Shown here: positions 1-8,772 of the stretch, in pieces
How positions within the stretch are numbered: position 1 is the stretch's first letter
Layout: the number at the start of each line of letters is the position of its first letter
Origin: Fibrobacterota bacterium
Lineage (GTDB): Bacteria; Fibrobacterota; Fibrobacteria; UBA11236
Assembly: GCA_043753995.1 (NCBI GenBank)
Contig: JAYUVP010000322.1
Location: 1 to 60,259, forward strand
DNA: 60,259 nucleotides
Direction of reading: 5' to 3'
Made by a program: the position numbers and the translations under genes
The notes under the pieces: model-generated
Database searches by the model: none
Told to the model about the DNA's origin: nothing
What the model saw: only the letters and a program-made list of their open reading frames with translations

Positions 1-236
1 CCGTCGCCCATGTATTCGTTGGCGTCCGGGCTGCCGCCCTGTAGCACGAATGTGGGCTCGACGCGATGAAAGGTGAGCCCGTCATAAAAGCGCGTGCCCT
101 GGGGCTTATTGCTGTTCTTGGTGCCTTCAATAAGGCCTACGAAATTGGCTACCGTGATCGGGGTTTTTTCAAACTCCAAGCTGCCTTGAATTTCTCCCTT
201 GGCGGTGTAAATCGTTACGTATAGACCTGGTTCCAT
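1..236 (-). CDS. Cyclophilin-type peptidyl-prolyl cis-trans isomerase (5' part; runs off the window)
   Basis: Manual translation from ATG at 236: MEPGLYVTIYTAKGEIQGSLEFEKTPITVANFVGLIEG...FYDGLTFHRVEPTFVLQGG. Contains the cyclophilin motifs P.TVANF and FYDGLTFHRV..F.LQGG. Not in the ORF track. Confidence 0.93.
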   Translation of the reverse strand, partial: MEPGLYVTIYTAKGEIQGSLEFEKTPITVANFVGLIEGTKNSNKPQGTRFYDGLTFHRVEPTFVLQGGSPDANEYMGD

Positions 237-484
237 AGCCCCAACCTTATTGGTATTCACGGTTTTCGCTGCTTTCACGGCAGCAGGTTTCGCTGTAGCC
301 TTTGTTGTATCCACGCCCGCAGCCAAGGCGGGCAAGGCGAAAAAAGCATTCGCAATGGCAAAACAGGAGACTGCAAGAGTCTGGCGCTGATTCATCAGAA
401 AGACCTCCGAAAAAAAGGACAGCAAAAGAGAACCCGCAAATTACCAAAGCGGAGGCGAAATTTCAGACCGAATCGAACCGGCCA

Positions 485-949
485 TTATGGCAAGGAGGCC
501 TCGGCTTGGTTCAAATGCATTTTGATGTCGATTTTTTGACCGGGTCTTACCTCAATCACGGTGTCGGCGGGACCAAATTGACGATGTATGACCTCAATAT
601 GGGCTTGGCCGGCGGGTATGGAGAGATATTCCATGGGAGTCTCGCCTTCGGGCTTGCCATTCACATAAACGGAGGCAAAAGGCGGCGCCGAATTAATGCG
701 AACAAAGCCAATGCCCTGGGGAGGACATTCGCAGGATTTCACCACCACGACCTGGGGTTGGGGCTGGGTATAGGGTTGAGACTGGGAGTAAGTCTGGGAA
801 TAGGGCTGAGAATAGGGGTTTTGTGAGTTGGGGGGTGGGGGATAGTAATACCAAGGCGCACATCCCTGCAGATATAAAATCCCCCAGGCTAGGCCTAAAA
901 GCCCAAAATTCTTCGATTTTGAGGCAAAAAACAAATCTCGGGTCTGCAT
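485..949 (-). CDS. PEGA-domain putative lipoprotein
   Basis: Hydrophobic leader ending LQGC (lipobox-like), Pro/Gln/Tyr linker, then VRINSAPPFASVYVNGKPEGETP (PEGA-like). SD GAGGGAGG upstream. Confidence 0.75.
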   Translation of the reverse strand: MQTRDLFFASKSKNFGLLGLAWGILYLQGCAPWYYYPPPPNSQNPYSQPYSQTYSQSQPYTQPQPQVVVVKSCECPPQGIGFVRINSAPPFASVYVNGKPEGETPMEYLSIPAGQAHIEVIHRQFGPADTVIEVRPGQKIDIKMHLNQAEASLP

Positions 950-1027
950 AGGACCTCCCTCAAACCATAAACTAAAGCCATGGCCGCACCAGGAATGTGA
1001 CGGCCGTCACTAAATTTCCATTCAACC

Positions 1028-1681
1028 ATGACTCTCGACGAATTTCAGCAGCGTATTCAGGCGGTTTCCGACCGTCGCCTTCAGCGTATGCTGGAAAAAG
1101 CCCGCGTGGAGGGTCCCGACGAAGCCGTGCTCATGTTGGAAAAAGAACAGGACCGGCGAAATCCACCCAAGCCTCCAAACCTGGCCCAGCTTGATTTAAG
1201 CAGCCAAATTCGACCTTTGGAAGAGGTCTTGGGACAAAGCTTTGACTTTCATGAAATGCCGGCTAAACCGGCGAGCTTCTCCCATGCAGGTCGAGAAATA
1301 GTTGGGCCCGTAAAAGAAAATTCAGGTAAAACCGAATTCATTTCTTGGCAGCCCGTGTCCACCGAGGCGCCATCCCTGCAAATTCTTCGCGATGTGATGG
1401 AAAGGCCCTCGAACGAACCCCTCACGGCCGATCATCTTGTCGCGACCTCCGCTCACCCAGCCAGCCAAGTCGCCCAAGTCTCCCATGTTGAAGAGGCTCA
1501 GGAATTAATGGCTCCCTTGGTGCTTACCCTTCCAGAAAAGGCTGTGGAAACCCAACCCTTTGAGCCCAAGTCCTTGAGTCGGCCCACCCCTGGCGATAGG
1601 GGACGCGCCTTTGCGGTCATCGCCATCATTCTCCTGGTGGTCGCGGCTGGCTTAGCGGTGTGGCGCGCTTTAGTGGGATAG
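1028..1681 (+). CDS. Hypothetical protein with C-terminal membrane anchor
   Basis: 217-aa ORF filling the gap; C-terminal hydrophobic helix AFAVIAIILLVVAAGLAVW. Confidence 0.6.
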   Translation: MTLDEFQQRIQAVSDRRLQRMLEKARVEGPDEAVLMLEKEQDRRNPPKPPNLAQLDLSSQIRPLEEVLGQSFDFHEMPAKPASFSHAGREIVGPVKENSGKTEFISWQPVSTEAPSLQILRDVMERPSNEPLTADHLVATSAHPASQVAQVSHVEEAQELMAPLVLTLPEKAVETQPFEPKSLSRPTPGDRGRAFAVIAIILLVVAAGLAVWRALVG

Positions 1682-1705
1682 TGGGAGAGTCGCCGCAATC
1701 GGCTT

Positions 1706-3316
1706 CTAAATCTGCCCCAGGGTAGGGCTTGCCGATATCGCCGGAGAGACCATACTCAAATGGCCAGTCAGAATTTCTTGGCGTGGCGATAAAACCTCAC
1801 CGGGCTTCGTGGGCCGCATGGGCTCCAGGGTGGAAAGGGCCGGCAAGGAGTCTTTGCGCATTTTACCGCGCTCAATGCGACGCACGATTTCTTCGGTGAT
1901 GGTTAGATAGAGTTGATCCTTGATGATGGCGTCTTCGACGCCCGCGTCGATATTGGGATTGTCATTCACCTCGACGACATAGGCCTTGCCTCCCACTTCC
2001 TTGATGTCGACGCCATAAAGCCCGTCGCCAATAAGTTTTGCGGCCTTGAGGGCCAAGGCAATGATGCGCGGATCGACTTGCTCGACGGCATAAGTCTTGT
2101 GAGCGCCAGAGGCGGCGCGGCCCTCTTTTCCGTGGTTGTAAATCTGCCAGTGATTGCGCGTCATGAAGTATTTGCAGGCGAACAGGGCGCGGCCATTGAA
2201 GACGCCGATACGCCAATCGTATTCGGTGGGCATGAATTCCTGGGCCACGATATAATCGCTGCGCTTAAAGAATTCCTGGCAGTGATTCTGCAATTGCTCC
2301 TCGGTTTCGGCCTTGACCACACCGCGCGAAAAACTGCCGTCGGGTATTTTCAAAATAACGGGAAGGCCGATGCGCTGGGGTATTTCGGAGACGGTGTCCT
2401 CGCCCACCACCAAGGTATTGGGGCGCGGAATGCTGGCCCGCTTGAACAGCTCATAGAGAAAAATTTTGTTGGTGCAATAGAGAATCGACTTGGGATCGTC
2501 GATGACAACGAGATTTTCTTTGGCGGCTTTTTTGGCGAAGCGATAGGTGTGATGATCGATGGACGTCGTTTCACGAATTAAAAGCGCATCGAATTGCTGT
2601 AATAACCCATAGTCACGTTTTTCAATGACTTCAGGCTCAAGCCCCACGGCCTTGCTGGCCTTGATGAATTTCTGAATGGCCGCTTCATTGCTCGGCGCGA
2701 GGCCTTCAAGCGGGTTATAGAGAATGGCTAGGTCATAGCGCGAGGACGATACCTTGGGCTTGACGCCCCAGCGATGCAGGCTATAGTCGACCATGGCATC
2801 GCCAAAGCCGATTTGATGATGCTCGGGCACCGACGCGGGTCCGATAGCCTTAATGCTGGAAACCTTCCAGGTACCTGCTTCACGCACAAAAAACACGCGA
2901 AAGCTTGGGCAAGGAAAGAGATTGAAAAACATGCGGGCGAGCTTCTCGTATTTCTTGTCCACATTGCGACCGAAATACACGGAGAGCTCGAAGCGATCGG
3001 TTCCCAAATGCGCCAAATCCTTATGCAATTGGGCTGGGATTTCGTCGGTTTCGATGAGCCAGAACTCCTTGCGCGAAAGGGCCTGCAAGGTGGCAATGCT
3101 GGGAATGACCTTGTGCCCACGCGCCTCGGCGACCAGGGAGACATAATAGCCCTGGCCGAGATAGCCATAATTGCGCGCCAAATTGATAACGCGCACGCTA
3201 CGCGGCTCTTGGTATTGCTGCGCGAATAAATAGTCGTTGGGCGAAACGAATTCCATTTGCGGAATGCGTTTTTTCCACGCGCGCACATTCTCGACCACGC
3301 AAAGGGCGCGTATCAT
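1706..3316 (-). CDS. RimK-family ATP-grasp ligase with N-terminal RLAN domain
   Basis: RLAN-like N terminus (VINLARNYGYLGQGYYVSLVAEARGHKVIP); ATP-grasp motifs PVILKIPDGSFSRGV, QEFMPTEYDWRIGV, GLYGVDIKE, VVEVNDNPNID. Confidence 0.9.
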   Translation of the reverse strand: MIRALCVVENVRAWKKRIPQMEFVSPNDYLFAQQYQEPRSVRVINLARNYGYLGQGYYVSLVAEARGHKVIPSIATLQALSRKEFWLIETDEIPAQLHKDLAHLGTDRFELSVYFGRNVDKKYEKLARMFFNLFPCPSFRVFFVREAGTWKVSSIKAIGPASVPEHHQIGFGDAMVDYSLHRWGVKPKVSSSRYDLAILYNPLEGLAPSNEAAIQKFIKASKAVGLEPEVIEKRDYGLLQQFDALLIRETTSIDHHTYRFAKKAAKENLVVIDDPKSILYCTNKIFLYELFKRASIPRPNTLVVGEDTVSEIPQRIGLPVILKIPDGSFSRGVVKAETEEQLQNHCQEFFKRSDYIVAQEFMPTEYDWRIGVFNGRALFACKYFMTRNHWQIYNHGKEGRAASGAHKTYAVEQVDPRIIALALKAAKLIGDGLYGVDIKEVGGKAYVVEVNDNPNIDAGVEDAIIKDQLYLTITEEIVRRIERGKMRKDSLPALSTLEPMRPTKPGEVLSPRQEILTGHLSMVSPAISASPTLGQI

Positions 3317-4005
3317 GGTTTCGAAATGACGAGCAAATTCTCGTCGTAGGTGAGTATGCCGAGCATGACGGCATTGCTGAACTTGGTGAAGGGCAAGGTA
3401 TAGGTCCCGGATTCGGAAATGGAGTTGCGGCTCAAGGGATCATGCACTAAAACGGTTCTCGCGGCTTTATCCCAGCCCGAGACGATGACGAAATGCCCCA
3501 CGGGATTGCCGATGATATCGTTCTCGACGCAATCGGGTGTTTCGCGCTTGGACTGGTAGAGATAGGTGGCGGATAGTCCCACGAGTATGGGCGAGCGGGC
3601 GGCAATGAGACGATCGAAAAGGCTTTCATTAAGATCATCGAACTTGAGAATACCGCCTTTTCGCAAAAAATCAAGGTAGAAGCCGATGACTTTTTTCTGC
3701 TTCTTACTGCGCACTTTTCCCTGGCGCGTCTTGAGCTTGATGGCCAATTCGTCCAGGGGCAGGGACATCCAGGTGGGATCGAAAATCTGAACATTATAGC
3801 TGTATATAGTCGTGGCGAAACCTTGGGACAGCGCATGCCGGGCTAGGTTGACCGCCACGGTTCCGCCGGTTTGCCAATGGTGAACTTCAGTACGCAACAA
3901 TTCGAGCCCGAGGTCGAGACCATGATAGCGGTAAACCGCTTGCAGGCAGGTGATGCCGCAGCTGTCGTCGTCGGGCTGACGCTCGACATGAATTTTCAAG
4001 TCCAT
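3313..4005 (-). CDS. Papain-like C39/C70-family peptidase
   Basis: Q-x5-C catalytic segment (QPDDDSCGITCL), GHFVIVSGWD and VLVHDP. Its stop overlaps the ATP-grasp start (ATGA coupling). Confidence 0.82.
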   Translation of the reverse strand: MDLKIHVERQPDDDSCGITCLQAVYRYHGLDLGLELLRTEVHHWQTGGTVAVNLARHALSQGFATTIYSYNVQIFDPTWMSLPLDELAIKLKTRQGKVRSKKQKKVIGFYLDFLRKGGILKFDDLNESLFDRLIAARSPILVGLSATYLYQSKRETPDCVENDIIGNPVGHFVIVSGWDKAARTVLVHDPLSRNSISESGTYTLPFTKFSNAVMLGILTYDENLLVISKP

Positions 4006-4056
4006 TCGTGAATCAAAGATAGGGAGGAAAGTGCCATTCTACTACTTTCGCCGCGC

Positions 4057-5394
4057 ATGCGCCTCCTTACCCTGCTGGTTTTGCTTTCCGCCCTGCTCGC
4101 CCGGGCCGGCGGTAAGGCCCCATCCGACCTGAATTCCCCCGAGGGGGTCTTATGGCGCTTCGACTCCCTGCTCAATTCCCCCCAGCCCCAAGCCGCCAAG
4201 GCCTTGATGGCGGGTCCGGCCTTGCGCATGTTCGACCTGATTTTGCTTTCGAATCAGAAATTGCAAGCCTTTATCGACACGGTCCGCTCGCGCGACACGG
4301 TTCTGGAGCGCCGCACCGAAGGTGGCCGCGCTGCCCTCAAGGTCAAGGGCCTGGTGATTTTCAAGCAAACCGTTATGGGCATGGATAGCCTCGCTTCGGT
4401 GCAGGCCATTCACTTTTTGCAGGGGCCTATCGGTTGGCGCATCACCCATTTCATGGAATTGCCGCAAGACCTAGCGCCCTTGACCTTGCCATCCCCTGCC
4501 GATAGCGCTGAGGTGATGCGCGCCTCCGCCGAAGGTGCGGCGCCAGGTGGGCCGGAAATCGCCTATTTCCCGGTTTCAAAGCTCATGCTCCCCGCCGGGA
4601 AAAAAGCCGATCGCATTCGCTATCGTATTTCCCTGGGCGCCGGCGCTTCGCTGGCGGGGCTTTTCGAACCTAGCGACAGCCTGCAAACCCATATTGGCCA
4701 AGGTTCGGGGCGCGAACTGAAGGTAGACGTTCGGTCGGGACGTCCCGCCCCAGCTGGCTTCGGTTTTGCCGACCTTCCCCGTGACTCCTTCGCAACCACC
4801 TTGGCCTCTACGCCTTTTCTCGACACCCAGGATTCGGCGCTAGTGGCCCTTGCCGGCCAACTGCGTCAAAAAATGCGCCAAGGCCAGGACAGCCCGGCGG
4901 CCTATGCGGCGGCGGTTTATGCCTATGTCGTTGCGAATTTCGATTTCCAACTCGGCGCCACCCTTTTCGGCACCAGCCGCGAGGCCTTAGGTCGCATGCG
5001 CGGAGATTGCTCCGAAGGTGCCGTGCTCACCGCAGCCTTATTGCGCGCCCAGGGCATACCCGCCCGCATTGCCATGGGCTTTGCCTCCGTTGGCGGTGGT
5101 GCTTATATCGGGCATGCCTGGTGCGAGGCCTGGTTGGGGCATTGGGTGGGCATAGACGCGGCCTTGCGGGAATTTCCCGCCGGGGCTCAGCGTGTGCGCC
5201 TTGTAGTAAGCGATGGACAGGGTGACTTGCGCGTGACGGCGACGAATTTGGTTCTACGCGTGCTGGGAAATCTCAACCTTGAAATGCTAGAAGCCTGGCA
5301 AGGTGGCAAGCGCCTGTCCCTGGCTAAAGCACCGAGCGACCCGGGCCAAGGCAAGCGCTTTTTTCAGCAAATCTTGGACGGAATGGCGAAATAA
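4057..5394 (+). CDS. Secreted transglutaminase-like domain protein
   Basis: Signal peptide; core GDCSEGAVLTAALLRAQGIPARIAMG ... HAWCEAW ... WVGIDA (Cys-His-Asp triad). Confidence 0.87.
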   Translation: MRLLTLLVLLSALLARAGGKAPSDLNSPEGVLWRFDSLLNSPQPQAAKALMAGPALRMFDLILLSNQKLQAFIDTVRSRDTVLERRTEGGRAALKVKGLVIFKQTVMGMDSLASVQAIHFLQGPIGWRITHFMELPQDLAPLTLPSPADSAEVMRASAEGAAPGGPEIAYFPVSKLMLPAGKKADRIRYRISLGAGASLAGLFEPSDSLQTHIGQGSGRELKVDVRSGRPAPAGFGFADLPRDSFATTLASTPFLDTQDSALVALAGQLRQKMRQGQDSPAAYAAAVYAYVVANFDFQLGATLFGTSREALGRMRGDCSEGAVLTAALLRAQGIPARIAMGFASVGGGAYIGHAWCEAWLGHWVGIDAALREFPAGAQRVRLVVSDGQGDLRVTATNLVLRVLGNLNLEMLEAWQGGKRLSLAKAPSDPGQGKRFFQQILDGMAK

Positions 5395-5417
5395 ATTTCG
5401 GCGCTTTTTGTTGAGCT

Positions 5418-6884
5418 TCAAACCTTCAAGGTTGAGCTGAGAAATACCGCGATATTGTAAGCATTGAAAATCTGGCGATAGCGAATCACATTGCCCTGCG
5501 AATCGGAATCGATATGGGGTCGCCCCCCGTCCAAATAATCCCAGCGAAAATGGCTAATGCCCGCATCGCCATAGGCGGCCGAAATGCCGAAACGCGACTC
5601 CGTATATTGCTTAACCATGCCGAGGGAAAGCACCACGCCATACCAGTCAATGCGGCGATTCCAACTCGCCGGACGTGTATCGAAGGGGCCTTGGCTCATA
5701 TCGGAAAATCCGCCCAGAGTCAGCGAATAAGTGGGATTAAAGCGCATGTCGATCCCGCCGGAAAGATTCACCACCGATTGTTTGTCGATTTGATAACGAA
5801 AACGCTTGGGGGTCAATTGTTCAAGATCCGATCGCGCCCCAGCATTGACCTCGGGAGAATAACCGGTATAGCTGTAGGTGCTGCCGAGCAAATAATCCAT
5901 TTGGCCCGTCAAGGTGAGAAAGGTTGCCGGACTCCAGGAGCAGCCCAGGGAAAGAGCAGGCGCCGTCACTTCGGTGTGACTCTCCGCCTTATCCAGGCTA
6001 TAAAGCGTGGCACCCGTGGTCACGATTTCTCCCGGAATGAAAACGGTATTGTTGACGAATAATTCCAGGCGTTGCGATTCATCGCGGTCAACAAAGACAT
6101 AACTTCCGGGCGTGGCCGTGACCCCCAGGGAAAAACCGTCCGCCAGCTTAACGAGGATGCCGAAAATCGCACTGAACCCTAAGCCCGTTTGGGCGACATC
6201 GCGATTCACCACTTCGTCGCGGAACTTGGCAGGAAGGGTCGAGTTGCTGCCTAGGAATTGGGACTGGGTCGATCCATAGGATGTTTTCTCAATAAGGCTG
6301 GAGTAAATGCCATAAAGCGTGAGGCCTATGCTCAATTGATCATTGTAGGTATAGGCCAAACTAGGGCCGAACAAGGTGTTTTTCGCCAACTCATAATAGC
6401 TGAGGCCTAGGTGGGCCGTGCAAGGCATATTCTCTTCGTCGCCATAACATCGATTCGTCGAATCATTGCTGTAATAACTGGATTCTAGGTCTTGCGCGCC
6501 TTTATAAAGGTCATTTTGCGGTGTCACCAGGGAAAAACCATAAGCCCAATTCCCCATCTTTTGGGATAAGCTGGTGATGGACGGCGAAAAGTTGAAAGAG
6601 TTGTAGGGTATTTCTTTGCTGTCGGCAATGCCTATGCGTTGCTTCTGGTATTGCACGATTTGCGCGGAAACATTGAGCTTCAATTGCTTGAGCTGGGTCA
6701 ACCCGGCGGGATTATACCACGTCGCCGTGGCATCATCGGCCAATCCCGTATAGGCGCCGCCCAAAGCGGCTCCCCTATCGCCCACCAAAATCACCTTGTG
6801 ATTGAACTGGTCGGCGGGCGCCATTGCGTAAGCGGCGAGCATCAGAGTGAGGCCAAGGCTGCCCCGGCGAGAATAGTTAGACAT
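5418..6884 (-). CDS. FadL/OMPP1-like outer-membrane transport beta-barrel
   Basis: GDRGAALGGAYTGLADDATATWYNPAGL is the FadL-family hatch motif. Signal peptide starts at MSNYSRRG (6884); the longer ORF-track start overlaps the divergent gene. Confidence 0.8.
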   Translation of the reverse strand: MSNYSRRGSLGLTLMLAAYAMAPADQFNHKVILVGDRGAALGGAYTGLADDATATWYNPAGLTQLKQLKLNVSAQIVQYQKQRIGIADSKEIPYNSFNFSPSITSLSQKMGNWAYGFSLVTPQNDLYKGAQDLESSYYSNDSTNRCYGDEENMPCTAHLGLSYYELAKNTLFGPSLAYTYNDQLSIGLTLYGIYSSLIEKTSYGSTQSQFLGSNSTLPAKFRDEVVNRDVAQTGLGFSAIFGILVKLADGFSLGVTATPGSYVFVDRDESQRLELFVNNTVFIPGEIVTTGATLYSLDKAESHTEVTAPALSLGCSWSPATFLTLTGQMDYLLGSTYSYTGYSPEVNAGARSDLEQLTPKRFRYQIDKQSVVNLSGGIDMRFNPTYSLTLGGFSDMSQGPFDTRPASWNRRIDWYGVVLSLGMVKQYTESRFGISAAYGDAGISHFRWDYLDGGRPHIDSDSQGNVIRYRQIFNAYNIAVFLSSTLKV

Positions 6885-6991
6885 CGGCCCCATTGTGCCG
6901 CTTCCCCGGCCCAGTTGCAAGCCCGGTCGCATAGACGCCATGACTTCGAAGCTAAAATTGCACTTCAACACTCCGGAGGGAGAACTCTGCC

Positions 6992-7480
6992 ATGCCCTTG
7001 TCTCGCTTACATGATTCGCAAATCGAGGCCTTGATTGCACAAGCCCAAGCTTCGCCTCGTCGGCGTTGCAATCTCAATTTGCATGGACCCGAAGATACCT
7101 TGCAGCGCATGATCAATGTCATGATTCGTGGCACCTATTGCCAGCCACACAAGCATGAAAACCCCGACAAGCTGGAGATTTTCACGGTTTTACGCGGCGA
7201 GGCCTTAGTGCCCATTTTCAATGAGGTAGGCGAAGTATTGGAAGTCGCCCGGCTATCTTCCGAAGGCCCGGTGCGCCAAGTCGAAATACAGCCGCGGACA
7301 TGGCATACCGTGATGGCCTTGTCTCCCGTGGCCGTGCTCTATGAAATCATTGAGGGCAAATACGACCCGGCCACGCATAAACGCTTTGCCAGCTTTGCCC
7401 CCGGGGAGCGCGATCCCCAGGCGACCCCCTATCTCGCCGCCCTGGAAAATCGACTGCAACCCTTCTTGGGACAAGCCTGA
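6992..7480 (+). CDS. WbuC-family cupin-fold metalloprotein
   Basis: SPRRRCNLNLH..EDTLQRM, YCQPHKHENPDKLEIFTVLRG, WHTV, YEIIEGKYDP. Confidence 0.85.
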   Translation: MPLSRLHDSQIEALIAQAQASPRRRCNLNLHGPEDTLQRMINVMIRGTYCQPHKHENPDKLEIFTVLRGEALVPIFNEVGEVLEVARLSSEGPVRQVEIQPRTWHTVMALSPVAVLYEIIEGKYDPATHKRFASFAPGERDPQATPYLAALENRLQPFLGQA

Positions 7481-7507
7481 AAAGAAGGGCGTGATTGCCC
7501 TTAGGGC

Positions 7508-8383
7508 TCAGGTGCCCGAAACCACCCATCCGCGAGCGACAAAATCGGCAAACCACTCGGTGAGGTGGGATTCCAGTTCCTGCATTTCCGCCGCGGGCAG
7601 GTCGGGCAATCGGTCGATGACTTCCGGCAAGGTGCCGGGCTCGCGCAGGGATTGCAATAAGGCGCATGCCGCAGGAGCGACTTCTTTTTCATACAGGGTG
7701 ATTTCTTCGCGATAAACCACCACCGAAAACGCCCGGGAAGGAGGCAAGTCCACCACCCGTTCCAGGCTGGTGTCGCCTAATACCGAGCGGCGATATTCGC
7801 TCCAATCATGGGTCAAGGCCAGACAGGTCACATGAGGCGCCAATCGCAATGGCAAGGCCATTAAGTCGGCACCGGCGAGGGCGGCCGGAAGGAGGCGATG
7901 CCCAAGTCCACCCTCAAAAGCCCTGGCGAAGGCACGATCAAATACCACCGCCTCCAAGACTAGGTCACGATCGCTTTCCCAATATTCCGCCCGCAAAAAG
8001 GCTTCGAAGTGGGCATCTAAATCATTGAGATAGGGCGAGTCGGGCTTATGCTTGTCGAGATAGCGAATCACCCAAGGGTTATAGCGGTGCAAGCCCATCA
8101 CATGAAGGGTGCAGTCATAATCCAATTGCATGACGCTGATGAGGCGAAACCAATACTGGCGGTTATACACCTGCGCGCGATCGAAGGCGTTCATGCTAGC
8201 GTGACCTCGCAAGAAGGCTTCCGCTTCGGCGGATAATGCATTCTCGGGGCGAAGGATGCCGAATTTTTCGCTATGCCAATCCGCCGCCAAAGGGCGGGAT
8301 ATCATGCGACCTAACCATTGCTGGCTTTCCCACAATTCCGGGGGAATGCCAAAAGGCTGGGTATCGCGACCTCGGCGCTTCAT
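7508..8383 (-). CDS. DUF2063 / HvfC-BufC-like protein (putative DNA-binding or RiPP-partner domain)
   Basis: AFDRAQVYNRQYWFRLISVMQLDY ... YLDKHKPDSPYLNDL pattern typical of NGO1945/DUF2063-like proteins. ATG at 8383 overlaps the upstream stop. Confidence 0.7.
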   Translation of the reverse strand: MKRRGRDTQPFGIPPELWESQQWLGRMISRPLAADWHSEKFGILRPENALSAEAEAFLRGHASMNAFDRAQVYNRQYWFRLISVMQLDYDCTLHVMGLHRYNPWVIRYLDKHKPDSPYLNDLDAHFEAFLRAEYWESDRDLVLEAVVFDRAFARAFEGGLGHRLLPAALAGADLMALPLRLAPHVTCLALTHDWSEYRRSVLGDTSLERVVDLPPSRAFSVVVYREEITLYEKEVAPAACALLQSLREPGTLPEVIDRLPDLPAAEMQELESHLTEWFADFVARGWVVSGT

Positions 8384-8706
8384 TTGCGGAAGGTGAAATA
8401 CACGGCGCCACATAGGAAGGCAAAAGCCACCAGATGATTCCAGCGTAAGCTTTCTTTCAAATAAAGCACGGAGAAAGCGGCGAAGACAAGAAGGGTGATG
8501 ACTTCTTGCATGATTTTTAATTGGGCCGTGGCGAAGGTGGCGCTGCCCATGCGATTAGCAGGCACTTGCAGGCAATATTCAAAAAAGGCTATACCCCAAC
8601 TGGCGAGTATGGCAATCCACAAGGGGGAACTCTTGTACTTGAGATGACCATACCAAGCAAAGGTCATGAAAATATTCGAAGCCAAAAGCAGGAGCACCGT
8701 CTTCAT
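8380..8706 (-). CDS. DMT-superfamily small membrane protein (DUF486-type)
   Basis: LLLASNIFMTFAWYGHLK ... SWGIAFFEYCLQVPANRMG ... QLKIMQEVITL signature. Confidence 0.9.
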   Translation of the reverse strand: MKTVLLLLASNIFMTFAWYGHLKYKSSPLWIAILASWGIAFFEYCLQVPANRMGSATFATAQLKIMQEVITLLVFAAFSVLYLKESLRWNHLVAFAFLCGAVYFTFRK

Positions 8707-8772
8707 GAATACCAAAGGTAAAGACGGTGCCAGGGTCTGCCGAGCCGATTTTCGGCTCGGCTAGAATTCCGA

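Noticed and set aside
247..826. ORFs 247-447(-) and 302-826(+) as possible RiPP precursors for the ATP-grasp ligase
   Set aside because: No leader/core pattern. The longer one overlaps the PEGA gene antisense, and both are separated from the ligase by unrelated genes.
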